A stretch of 60,991 bases of DNA, the filler included, from Sanchytrium tribonematis (taxonomy: Eukaryota), in assembly GCA_018985235.1 (NCBI GenBank). It is 11 parts of 11 records of this genome, joined end to end, with 100 filler letters (N's around TTAATTAATTAA, not from the genome) between each part and the next. Parts side by side here need not be neighbours in the genome. Positions count along the whole stretch, not along the records: positions 5,613 to 11,123 come from JADGIG010000601.1; positions 11,224 to 16,711 come from JADGIG010000602.1; positions 16,812 to 22,261 come from JADGIG010000603.1; 8 more parts are not named here. One strand, given 5' to 3'. The position numbers were made by a program, and so were the translations under genes. The notes under the pieces were generated by a model, which saw only the letters and a list, made by a program, of their open reading frames with translations, was not told where the DNA came from and ran no database searches. Positions 10,868 through 21,042 of the stretch are shown in pieces; within the stretch, counting starts at the first letter, position 1; the number at the start of each line of letters is the position of its first letter.

Positions 10868-11123
10868 TTAATGATGCTTCTTTTTTTGTTTCTTCTTTGG
10901 AGAAAATAGAATTTTTAATTCTTCCTCACTCAAATCAGTTATTTGTAAATTGGGAAGTCCATTAATGTGTTGATTAATAACAGACTCATCTGCTTCTGGA
11001 CCATCGAAGAGTTTTGCAAAAGTCATTCCTGTAGATGGGCTATTAATCTTTTTTTTCCTTTTACTTTTTTCTCCGTTTGCCTTTTGCTTGTATCTTGCAA
11101 CTCGTTGATAAATAGCATCTCGC
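10868..11123 (-). CDS. C-terminal fragment of an upstream gene with a basic tail (not in ORF track)
   Basis: Open from the contig edge: RDAIYQRVARYKQKANGEKSKRKKK...FSPKRRNKKKKHH*, followed by AATAAA. Confidence 0.6.
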
Positions 11124-11223
11124 NNNNNNNNNNNNNNNNNNNNNNNNNNNNNNNNNNNNNNNNNNNNTTAATTAATTAANNNNNNNNNNNNNNNNNNNNN
11201 NNNNNNNNNNNNNNNNNNNNNNN

Positions 11224-11419
11224 AATATTCTTGAACAAAATCATATCTATTCCAATTATGGCAAAATAAATTTGGGTGTATATTAACCATAGAATTTAGC
11301 ATATCTTGAGCTTTTCTTGCATACTGGTAGGAGTAGGAGTTCACAGGAGTTAGCCTTTTGTCTTTGTTTATGTCTTTGATGACTTCCAATTCCTCGTCTA
11401 TTGTCACACAATGACACAT
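11224..11419 (-). CDS. Hypothetical protein, 3' end cut by contig edge
   Basis: ATG ORF running into the spacer; no motif. Confidence 0.35.
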
Positions 11420-11466
11420 CAGGTGTCACACTTTCACCAATTTGAGCACAAAAAATCAAATTTATT

Positions 11467-12060
11467 TTACTTCTTTTTATTTCTATTTGGTGAAAAGGGA
11501 TTAGGCATCACTTTATCATTTAACTCACCTTGCACGCAATCTTGAGTCTCAATCTGATGAATAATTGGATTTGTCATTTGCATTCTAGGACGTGGAGCAT
11601 TTTCTAATTCATCTAATCCCAAATGCGGCATCACTTGAGACATGTAGCCCTGTGCTTCTAATCGTTGTAATTGCATATCAGATGATTGCATCAATTGTCT
11701 CATATTATTATTTTTAAGCATTTCGTACATCCCATTGATTTGTTCCGTGGTTAAATTTTTATGACTGGATTTTAAAAATGATTTAAATGTTTCTTTATCC
11801 ATTCCTTTAAGAAATGGTTGCATATTATCCATCATATCCATCATATTATCTTTATTTTGGGTAATAGTGACTTGTTTTTTAGTGCTGACATAAATGGTCG
11901 TATTTGGAATGGGATCTGACATTTGTAGAATTTTACCATTGCAAATGAATTGAGAATCTGGTGTGATTAATTGTTCATTTAATAAAAAGTCATAAATGTG
12001 CTGGATAGTATTACCAGGGATCTCTAAATCAAATTCTACAAAATCAATCACTAATTTCAT
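11467..12060 (-). CDS. Ubiquitin-like domain protein (ubiquilin/Dsk2-like, no UBA domain seen)
   Basis: N-terminal UBL-like fold (FICNGKILQ), Met/Gln-rich STI1-like middle, MPNPF motif. Confidence 0.6.
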   Translation of the reverse strand: MKLVIDFVEFDLEIPGNTIQHIYDFLLNEQLITPDSQFICNGKILQMSDPIPNTTIYVSTKKQVTITQNKDNMMDMMDNMQPFLKGMDKETFKSFLKSSHKNLTTEQINGMYEMLKNNNMRQLMQSSDMQLQRLEAQGYMSQVMPHLGLDELENAPRPRMQMTNPIIHQIETQDCVQGELNDKVMPNPFSPNRNKKK

Positions 12061-12223
12061 TGGGGTGTTTCAAAAAATGTGCACAAAATATATTGAAAAT
12101 TTATTGAGATTTTTAATGGCTATTTTAATCAATTTTGGTTGGTTCATTTTTAGATTATTCTAATTTTCAAACCAATCAAACTCGATATTTTCAAATATAA
12201 ATAGAAGCAACTCCCATTTACCC

Positions 12224-13412
12224 ATGATTGCTTTATTTTCTCATTTGATTGCAGCAGTATCACTTGATTGTCCAAAATTGATTCCATTTGCGCAGCAATT
12301 GAATATGCATATCGTGAATACCACTATTTGGAATCAAATGAATGTGGATTGTTGTTTAGCAGCAGGTGTGACTTGTAACAATAACAAGGTGATTGTAATT
12401 CATTGGGGTGATTTGAGATTAAATGGTACTTTAAATGGCAATTTGACAGGGTTATCAGCACTGTTTACGCTGGATTTGTCCAATAATTTGATAAATGGAT
12501 CCATTTCTACATTATTACCAAACAATTTAAACTCTCTACATGTAGAAGGTAATTATTTAAATGGCACATTGACAAATTGGACATTCCCTCCTAAATTACA
12601 GAGCTTATTTATCAATTCAAATCAATTTACAGGATCTTTACCATCTGGTATCTCTCAATTGACACAATTAAATGCCAATTACAATCAATTTAGTGGGATT
12701 GTACCCTATTTGCCACCGAATTTCAACGGACTCGCTGTGGGGAATAATTTGTTGACTGGGTTTGTGAATATTCCACCATTTTTAAAACAATTATATATGG
12801 GTCGCAATTTATTGACTGGTGAATTGCCAATCATGCCAGACTCATTAAGTGTCATATTTATAGGTGGAAATCAATTTACTGGGACAATTAGTGCCTATAA
12901 ACCTCAATATTTGTGGATCAGTGACAATTTATTTACTGGTTTGAATATTACAGATTATTCTGCAATACTTCCAAATCAATGTTCTATTGCTAATAATCCA
13001 TTATTAAGAGCATCTAATTTGCCACCACCAGGTCTTTGTTTTGAAACAGGTCTTTATTCTCTTCAAACGACTCAAGCATCTGGTATATTATATTCATTTA
13101 GTTGTCACTAGAATATTTTACAAGCAGAATACAAGTGCATTGCATCTAGAAACAACTTTATCTAAAATACTTGTTCAAAATAGTTTGTTTTTAAATAGCA
13201 CAAACACTTTGATTTCATATCATTTTGAGATGCACCAACCACCGTTTGAATGGAATATCTTTATGATGATTCGAATATTCATCAATTTACTGGTTATTTC
13301 ATTCAATATCAGATATCTTCCATTTAAAAGATTGAAAACACAATTGATTAAAGAGATTCCAACTCACAGCAAGGAATTTAGTACTCTACCAAGTGAGAAA
13401 CAATCTAAATGA
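12224..13412 (+). CDS. LRR receptor-like membrane protein; exons 12224-13082 and 13102-13412
   Basis: Signal-like N-terminus, SLDC...DCC cap, LRRs, CSIANNPL cap; a 19-nt intron joins the two track ORFs and adds a TM helix and short tail. Confidence 0.9.
13083..13101 (+). other. 19-nt spliceosomal intron (predicted)
   Basis: GTATATTATATTCATTTAG; removal fuses ORF 12224 in frame to ORF 13041-13412. Confidence 0.8.
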
Positions 13413-13563
13413 GAATCAATTAAAAATAAATCATTCTTTCAACTATTTCACGGTGGGACGGTCTAAATATATTTGTGATCAAACACAGAAACACATAAAC
13501 ACATGTTTATTTTAGACAGTCTAAAATTGTCTATATAAGGAACCCATATCCACATCATTATAA

Positions 13564-13863
13564 ATGCACGGAACTACTGGAACAACACAACCAACAATGG
13601 CAGATAAATTAAAAGTCAAAAAGGAAGAAGTGAAGGAGAAATTGGGAATGGGACATCACACTGCTCATCCAACTACAGGACACGCAACACATTCAACCAC
13701 GCATCCAACTGGACATGCTACTACTGGAAATGTATCTACTACTGAAAAGATTAAGGAGAAAATTGGATTGGGAAATGAACATCAGTATCCTCAACAACAA
13801 AATGCTGGAGTACAGCCGACTGGACATGGATTGGGTGGTAATACAACTACTACAAATTATTAA
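13564..13863 (+). CDS. Small hydrophilin, dehydrin/LEA-like
   Basis: Gly/Thr/His-rich; two K-segment-like motifs (EEVKEKLGMG, EKIKEKIGLG); TATATAAG about 30 nt upstream; stop overlaps AATAAA. Confidence 0.75.
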   Translation: MHGTTGTTQPTMADKLKVKKEEVKEKLGMGHHTAHPTTGHATHSTTHPTGHATTGNVSTTEKIKEKIGLGNEHQYPQQQNAGVQPTGHGLGGNTTTTNY

Positions 13864-14899
13864 TAAATTTATGAAGTTCTCAATATAACAACTTAGTTTC
13901 TTAAATTTGGTAAGGAAAAAATTAATTTCTTTTCAAAATAGTGGCAAATCATTAATTGAAATTGGTACTTAAAGATATGATTTAATTTAATTAATTGTCA
14001 AATCACTGTCGAAAATTGTAAAGTCACACGATGAGTCAAGTCTGTCTGATCAGAGACTGCCAATGATATTGATCAACGCCAATTAATATTTAGTGTAAAT
14101 TGTAAACCTGTCAACCTTCAGATTCTTTCATTTGAAATTTATATATTCTTGTTTAAATAATCATTCAAATGCAATGGAACCCAACATAACTTTATGGTTT
14201 CAAGAACAAAATTATCAAATTTAAAAGAGGAGTTCTAAAAGAAGAAAGATACCAGAAACATAGAAAAAAATGTAGTTAAACCAAAAAAGAGCTACATATT
14301 AACTACTTTAGTGAATTTTTAATATGATTTAATTGATATGATTTATGAATTGGGCACTAGATGGCATGAAGTGAGAACTTGAATTTGATATTGACTGGAT
14401 GCATAAAATCGGGGTATAGATTAATGAGACTCTTAGACATGGAAAGATCTCCACGGAACCTCCGTTATTGTATCTCTTTCACTGTATTTTGCGCATGTGG
14501 GTCACTTACAAAGTATGAAAAAAAACTAAAAAGCAAGCCTGTGAACGAGAGAAGAACCGCAGCCCGTCCAATTAAATAAAGCAGATCTGGTAGGGGTGAC
14601 CGGGGATGTTACCTTGTGGGTGCCTTTGGGTGAACTGTAGATGAAACCAGGTGGTATCGCTAAAACAACACCTGGTCAAACCTCAATTATGCTCTTCGAG
14701 TATTATTTCGTTAGGTAGCGCGACCAAGTGAACGCGTGATCCAAGGGGTAAAAAATAAGAAACAAAAATATGACTACAGGTCTAATTTTTTTTAGGGATT
14801 TGTTCTGGCAATAGAGATTAATTTTTGAAACGAATTGTCCTCAATTTTATAAAAAAAACAAAAAGTCATTTTTGACGTTGGGATTGGGCATATGCTAAA

Positions 14900-15960
14900 C
14901 AAGTGAAAGTCGAAACTTGTTCACCAATGCATCATAATTGAAGAGCTATCAATATATTTACTTAAAGGAATTGAAAAGTTTTCAGGCAATTGACGAGCCA
15001 ATAAATTCCAGATTTCATTATTATTTACAAAAGGCGTTCTGTAATTTTTATTTGAAATTGTTGCAGAATTGCCTACTTTTTGAATAGCATCAACTATCCC
15101 ATTTTGGTTAAAAATATCTAAAACCGATTCTCTCAACAAATCTGTCAACCCATCTCCAGTCACAATGTGATGCCTTTTCTAAAGCAAGAAGAATGTCCAC
15201 AATGCTGGTTTTTACAGATGTTATTTTTGATATTAGATAAACGTGCGGGGAAATTCTGGTGCCGTCATTTTATCAGTATCAATACCAATACGTCATTTTA
15301 CGAGTGCCTTGAGATTTGAAATGAGTAATATCATTTGAAAATACATTTTTGAGATACTCAGCATGATAAACAAATGATTGCAACATAAATTCATAGACAC
15401 GTTTCAAATTAAATGGAATATTCAAAAATAAATCATTAATGACATTGCTCACAGTTTCATTTCTAGTCTCAAAAAATGGTGGTATAATTCCAAATTTAGC
15501 AGAGTTACATGACCTACATACATATATTGTAAATATGTAACTAAAACACCGGGCATTGACAGTCCAGCACGCAGTCGATTTGCTGTAGAAGAAGGACAAG
15601 ATGTTGAACCTCTTCAGTAGCAGCATTTTTTCTAATAGAATGAGTACCGATATCTGCTGATTTTTGTCATCTATCTTCAAATTCATTTTTACCCTCATTT
15701 TTGATGAATATTTTATTAGTAACGTGGAAAATATCTGGTATTGCGAATCACCAGAAAATGTTTTTTTTGATTCGGGGGAAATGGAGATATTAAATAAACA
15801 CCAAAAGCAAGCACGGGGCAAATTTTCGGGGCAATTGGATTTGCATAAACATTACGCGGATCCCATTTACGATCTCCAGATCGATCGTTCTTCATGTGAC
15901 CAAAGTAGATGCATAATGTATTGTCATACCATTTTTGATGAATAAGGCAAATACTGTTGT
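14900..15960 (-). mobile_element. Degenerate Crypton-type tyrosine-recombinase transposon (multiple frameshifts)
   Basis: Manual translation across frames gives LCIYFGHMKNDRSGDRKWDPRNVYANPIAPKICPVLA, FSGDSQY, DIGTHSIRK (15628-15648), CPSSTANRLRAGLSMPGVLVTYLQY, FGIIPPFF, SFVYHAEYL, MTA/RISPHV. Confidence 0.75.
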
Positions 15961-16508
15961 AGCTGTATGGGTTTTACCGGCAATCCTACTAAACAATTGC
16001 AACTCTCGTAGAATGCTCCTTCAGCTTCTTCCGACCCTCTGACTAGGTGTCAAGTGTCTCATCAGTAGTAACTTTACTATTGAATTCATCAAAATCACAT
16101 ACTAGACTTCTATCACTATCAACGTATTTAATTAAGTCCATAAAAAAGATCATATTTGTAAAAATGTAAATTATCTCTTCAATGATAAATGTTTACCAGT
16201 TGTTAGAATTTTTCTTACTTTATTCTTTTCCTAGATTTGTAGATACCTGCCGATCATCTGAATTTACATTAAGTACATTAATTGGCTTCAAAAGCAGAAG
16301 TTATATACATCAATCTACAATGTCTACTTTATTGGGAATAAAAGAAAGCATTCATGATTTAAATGTATTTCATATTTATTTAGAAACAAAATACATTCAA
16401 GAAATTGGAAAGACCATTATTGCCACGTCAAACAACCATGTTTGAAAGACTAAATGCTTGAGGGAGTCATCTACTAAGTCTCCACTTGTAAAAGCCATTT
16501 CAAAACCC

Positions 16509-16530
16509 AATCAATCAATCAATCAATCAA
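16509..16530 (+). repeat. (AATC)5 microsatellite
   Basis: aatcaatcaatcaatcaatcaa. Confidence 0.9.
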
Positions 16531-16811
16531 GCTGCTCAATTTATCCTAAAAGAGTGCAAATCAGTTCATGATGCATTAGAGCAATGGTACAAAATGAGGG
16601 TATCATTCCTTTAATTCAATGGACACCAAAGCATAAAGTGGGATGTGAGCGAGGTTTTAGTCAAAGAAAAGCAGTGGCTGACTGCTACAACAGATATAAA
16701 TCAAGAGGGAANNNNNNNNNNNNNNNNNNNNNNNNNNNNNNNNNNNNNNNNNNNNTTAATTAATTAANNNNNNNNNNNNNNNNNNNNNNNNNNNNNNNNN
16801 NNNNNNNNNNN

Positions 16812-17375
16812 GGCATCATGATTAGTGATTTTTGTAGATATTTATTTGTATATGAGCATGGTGGTACTTATATTGACTCGGATGTGTCTTTTAAATATCC
16901 TCCAGATCAATGGATCAAACAAAATCCAAATCGACTTATAAATCCCAAATCTATCAAAATGATTGTCGGATTAGAAACTAAATATCCAGGATATGATCAA
17001 CCACAATTTATGAACAAGTATCAGACTGTGCAATGGTCATTTAGTGCCTTTCCAAAGCATCCCGTGTTGTTTCATGCAATTCATGAAATATATCTCAATT
17101 TTACAAAGAATCCCAGTTTATTTAATTCTAGTTCTGCAAATGTGATTGAATTGACTGGACCAGGTGTCATGACGCGTGCTGTTCAACAATATTTGATTGA
17201 AAATGGGGGAGTTATATCTGATTTGCAAGAAGCGCCAATTTTAGTGGGTGATTTGTTTATTGGGGATCCATTAATGTTGAATTGTTATGGATATTGTGAT
17301 TATATGGACTGTAATTCGGAATGTTTACAATTAGAAATGGTGCATCATTATTTTGAAGGGAGTTGGAAGCATTGA
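16812..17375 (+). CDS. GT32 (Och1/Sur1-type DxD) glycosyltransferase, 5' end cut by contig edge
   Basis: DFCRYL...GGTYIDSD, QWSF...HP, TGPG, HHYFEGSWK. Confidence 0.88.
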   Translation, partial: GIMISDFCRYLFVYEHGGTYIDSDVSFKYPPDQWIKQNPNRLINPKSIKMIVGLETKYPGYDQPQFMNKYQTVQWSFSAFPKHPVLFHAIHEIYLNFTKNPSLFNSSSANVIELTGPGVMTRAVQQYLIENGGVISDLQEAPILVGDLFIGDPLMLNCYGYCDYMDCNSECLQLEMVHHYFEGSWKH

Positions 17376-17513
17376 AATAAAAATTGATTTTTCCACCAAT
17401 CAATTTGCACAAATCAACTTGCAGCCAATTTCTCAAATGACAATCTATCCAATCAAGGGAAGCATCACAATATTCAAAGTAAACCAGATCGCATCAAACT
17501 AGTTGGGTATCAA

Positions 17514-18422
17514 ATGGATGATTATTTATTAAAAGACAAACCGGTGAATCGCTTCTCATTTAAACGTCAAAAATACTGGTATTGGATGATGAGACATAAA
17601 TGCCATGTATTTGCCATATTATTTGTTATTTGGTATGCGTGGTTGGCATTGAATACACGATTGAGTGTACCGAATAGAAATTCACGCTCCAATGCCGATA
17701 TTACTGAATTTTCATTTTATCCGCCTCAAAGCGTATTTATGCCATTTCTTGAGAAACCAACAAACCAACAAAAGAAAATAATGGGTCAAATGCCATCTAA
17801 TCATCAATTATCGAAATTTGATGGATTGAATTGTGAGAATTTGATTAAACGACATTATCCCAAATTATACAAAGTTTACATCAATTTCAATGAAGAAATG
17901 AGAAAGGATACATGTCAATATGCTGTAATCTATCATTTTGGAGGCACTTATACAGATACTGACTGGATCAAACAATCTCCAAGTGGATTTATCATTAAGA
18001 AACCTAATCGCATTTTTGCACATAAATCTATTCGTATGGTGATTGGGCTAGAAACCAAATATCCAGGATACGAACAGCCACAATTTTTGGATCCCTACCA
18101 AGTGGCGTCATGGGCATTCAGTGCTTACAGAAAACACAAGTTTCTAAATTATATTTTGATGGATATCATCAATAATGCACCCTATTTTGACTATGACAAT
18201 CATTCTTCACAGAATTCAACTGGTTCTGGTGCCATGACGCGTGCTATGAAGCAATATTTAAAAGATCACGGTGCCACAAATGATGATTTACAACAAGTTC
18301 CAATTCAAGTGGGTGATTTATATATTGGTGATCCACTATTATTTAATTGCTATGGATATTGTGATGACAAGGATTGCAATGATTTATGTCCCGCAAATGA
18401 AGTCGTCCATCATTTCTTTTAA
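17514..18422 (+). CDS. GT32 glycosyltransferase paralogue, type II membrane anchor, C-terminus shortened
   Basis: GGTYTDTD; shares IGLETKYPGY.QPQF and IGDPL..NCYGYCD with the upstream copy; stops at HHFF where the paralogue continues EGSWKH. Confidence 0.8.
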   Translation: MDDYLLKDKPVNRFSFKRQKYWYWMMRHKCHVFAILFVIWYAWLALNTRLSVPNRNSRSNADITEFSFYPPQSVFMPFLEKPTNQQKKIMGQMPSNHQLSKFDGLNCENLIKRHYPKLYKVYINFNEEMRKDTCQYAVIYHFGGTYTDTDWIKQSPSGFIIKKPNRIFAHKSIRMVIGLETKYPGYEQPQFLDPYQVASWAFSAYRKHKFLNYILMDIINNAPYFDYDNHSSQNSTGSGAMTRAMKQYLKDHGATNDDLQQVPIQVGDLYIGDPLLFNCYGYCDDKDCNDLCPANEVVHHFF

Positions 18423-18459
18423 GAAAAAAATAAATATATTTTGAAACACCCTAAGTAAA

Positions 18460-19923
18460 ATGTCCGATCTTCCAAAAAGATCCAGAAATGACATATTTCT
18501 ACAAAAACCAGAAAAGGTTTATCCATCTACTATCACTGAAGAACCCACTAAATCCATTATTATTGCCCAACCCATTGAAAATAACCATAAATTAATCAAA
18601 CGATCAGAAATCCGTAAAAAAGCTGAAGCATTAATAGAAAGAAGTGATTCAATTGGATTATTAGATCTCAATAAATCCACACCTACCTCTCTAAACAGAA
18701 ATAGATCCAAATCATCCTCAAATGTCCAATTAATTACAAATGAAGAAATGAGTCAATTACATGCCAATTTATTAAATGATCTAGTCTATTTTCCATTGAA
18801 TAAGAATTTATTAGGTCAAGGTAGACATGCATCTGTATATTTAGGTACTTTGAAGCAAAATAGATTTATAAATCATAAATTAATTCAAGGTCATGAAATC
18901 CAAGTAGCTGTTAAAATACTAAATAGTGAGCCTGATTCAGCATCGACTGGTTTAATGGAAGCTTATTGCTTAAATCTGTTAAAACATCACAATATTATCC
19001 ATTTATTATCATTTATGGAATTTCAAGATTCTCCTGGCAAGGGCACCCTTCACAAAGAAATTGATTTATCAGAATTCAATCAGATCAACCCACAAGTATT
19101 TATGCATCATTCCCAAGTCACAAATTCAAAAATGAAATTATTTGAAATCCCTGATGAATTTAATATTAATTTTAATCCCTCTCAAAATCGATTATTGGTG
19201 CTAGAATATGCTAAAAATGGATCATTATGGCATCATTGTCAACAGACACCCAGATTAATTAGTAAAAGACAGTTTATTAGATGGTCTAAAGAACTCGCAA
19301 GTGCCTTGATCGCAATGCAAGAACAATCTATTATTCACCACGATATTAAGCCATCCAATGTCTTGCTAAGTGAATTTAATGTGTGTAAATTGAGTGATTT
19401 TGGAAATGCATTAGTCGGGCAAGAGTTTCCATTAGAAATGGCAAGAGGGCGGGGCACGACTGTGTTTCAAGCACCAGAATTATTTACTAAATCAGATAGT
19501 TATACCAATGTAATTGACATGTACTCACTGGGGTGCACGCTGTGGTGTGTGGGGATATTGGGGAAAGAGCCATTTGGTAAAATACAATCAGTTGTTTTAT
19601 TACATCAAATTATTCAACGTGGATTGCTTCAAAGTGAATTAAATTGGCCACCAGAGATATTACATTCTGAATTAATGGATTCTGACTGTCAAGGAGTGTT
19701 TCCTGAAACAATTACAAATTTGGATGCTTCAAAAGGCGTTTATAATCCATTCAATGGGAGAATACTGAGATTTCTAAATGGGGAAGTCGTGCAATGTTGG
19801 ATCTATGAGTTATTAAGAGATTGTATGAGTACTAATAAAATAGAGAGACCGAGTCCAAAAGAATTTCTATATCGGATTAAATTACATGATGGGGGTTTAG
19901 ATACGACTGATTTCTTTTTATAA
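18460..19923 (+). CDS. Ser/Thr protein kinase with insertions
   Basis: LGQGRHASVY, VAVK, HHDIKPSN, DFG, GTTVFQAPE, D-x-YSLG. Confidence 0.9.
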   Translation: MSDLPKRSRNDIFLQKPEKVYPSTITEEPTKSIIIAQPIENNHKLIKRSEIRKKAEALIERSDSIGLLDLNKSTPTSLNRNRSKSSSNVQLITNEEMSQLHANLLNDLVYFPLNKNLLGQGRHASVYLGTLKQNRFINHKLIQGHEIQVAVKILNSEPDSASTGLMEAYCLNLLKHHNIIHLLSFMEFQDSPGKGTLHKEIDLSEFNQINPQVFMHHSQVTNSKMKLFEIPDEFNINFNPSQNRLLVLEYAKNGSLWHHCQQTPRLISKRQFIRWSKELASALIAMQEQSIIHHDIKPSNVLLSEFNVCKLSDFGNALVGQEFPLEMARGRGTTVFQAPELFTKSDSYTNVIDMYSLGCTLWCVGILGKEPFGKIQSVVLLHQIIQRGLLQSELNWPPEILHSELMDSDCQGVFPETITNLDASKGVYNPFNGRILRFLNGEVVQCWIYELLRDCMSTNKIERPSPKEFLYRIKLHDGGLDTTDFFL

Positions 19924-19973
19924 GCTTGTAAACTGAATAAAATAGTAAATTTTATTAATATATTTGAAATTTA

Positions 19974-20219
19974 TTAATCTTGCTTTGGAAAATCACGTTT
20001 TGTGACTGCGATGCCGTGGTCTTTGATACGTTTATGAGTATTTAAATGACTAATCATGCCATATCTACGATCACAGCCTTTAAAATTGCAAAAATAGGGT
20101 CTTTTAATGTCATTAAAAGGTCTACGATATCTCTTTTCGTCTTTATGCATTGGCTGCAATACTACTGCTAAATTGAAATATTCTGGATTAGTTGGAATGT
20201 AAATATATCTAGGAGGCAT
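19974..20219 (-). CDS. Single C2H2 zinc-finger microprotein, Con7-like (copy 5)
   Basis: KRYRRPFNDIKRPYFCNFKGCDRRYGMISHLNTHKRIKDHG. Confidence 0.85.
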   Translation of the reverse strand: MPPRYIYIPTNPEYFNLAVVLQPMHKDEKRYRRPFNDIKRPYFCNFKGCDRRYGMISHLNTHKRIKDHGIAVTKRDFPKQD

Positions 20220-20488
20220 TATGGATTAATGGAAATGTCACCTTTTATAACACGGATTAGTCACACCCGAATGAGTCCATTTGAATTTGCAAAACATCAC
20301 GGGCACTAGATCACCAATAAGAGCGTCTAAAGGGCATGTTTCCGATGCGACCATACAATTTCAGGTGATGAAACGTCTTTTTTGCATCCATGTCCGATCT
20401 CAAACGAGGGATTTGTTCTAGAAGAAATAGACATGGTTGTGAACTGATTGCTAGTACAATCATGTCGTAAATCAGTATAATAATAAAT

Positions 20489-20791
20489 TTATTTATTAGA
20501 TTCCGGGGACCTGACTTGTGGTAATATGCGTCTTTGCGTTAAAGTAGGCTGGAAATCCTTTGTACGCAACGGTTTGCCATGCTTTTTATCTTTACGATGT
20601 CTATTTAAGTGGGATATTAATCGGAATGCTTTGATACAGCCATCATAGTCGCATTTGAGGTTCCTTTCGACATCTCTAGCTAGTCGTCTCTTTCTCTTAG
20701 GGGATTGGGCTATTTGATTTAAATTGAAATTATTGGGGTTGTAGCAGCTATCGCAGTAATCGTATTGGAAGCACATGCAATTTGGTATCAT
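20489..20791 (-). CDS. Single C2H2 zinc-finger microprotein, Con7-like (copy 4)
   Basis: RKRRLARDVERNLKCDYDGCIKAFRLISHLNRHRKDKKHG; extra N-terminal CxC-x4-CxxC. Confidence 0.85.
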   Translation of the reverse strand: MIPNCMCFQYDYCDSCYNPNNFNLNQIAQSPKRKRRLARDVERNLKCDYDGCIKAFRLISHLNRHRKDKKHGKPLRTKDFQPTLTQRRILPQVRSPESNK

Positions 20792-21042
20792 CCATTTCTC
20801 CCAGATGTCTGATATTCAGTCGATCTTACCTGCTTCTATCGACCAATGAGAACATCGGATTCTGTCATGAAACATTAGAACCATGTAGCACCTGGTTATG
20901 CATGTGCCGAAGACATGTATTCTAAAGACGCCAACACCAAAAATGATTGGGATTCCGAAAATTAGATTCTTTTAGAGCCCTATTTGATACTTGCATTTAA
21001 AAGTAAAAAATTATATAAAATTGTCAATATCTCATTTATTTG

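Noticed and set aside
14646..14676. 8-bp hairpin ACCAGGTG...CACCTGGT in a GC-richer non-coding stretch
   Set aside because: No snRNA, tRNA, SRP or RNase P signature recognised; a single short stem is insufficient. An Infernal/Rfam scan would settle it.
15279..15945. Track ORFs 15279-15821 and 15664-15945 as real genes
   Set aside because: They are partial-frame or antisense readings of the Crypton-like relic.
16509..16530. (AATC)n as a telomeric or CRISPR-like repeat
   Set aside because: A short internal microsatellite with no spacers. No CRISPR array, rRNA or tRNA was recognised anywhere in the window.
20220..20980. Recurrent CCGA/TCGG words between the zinc-finger genes as an autoregulatory site
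   Set aside because: Too short and not quantified; cannot be told apart from chance by eye.
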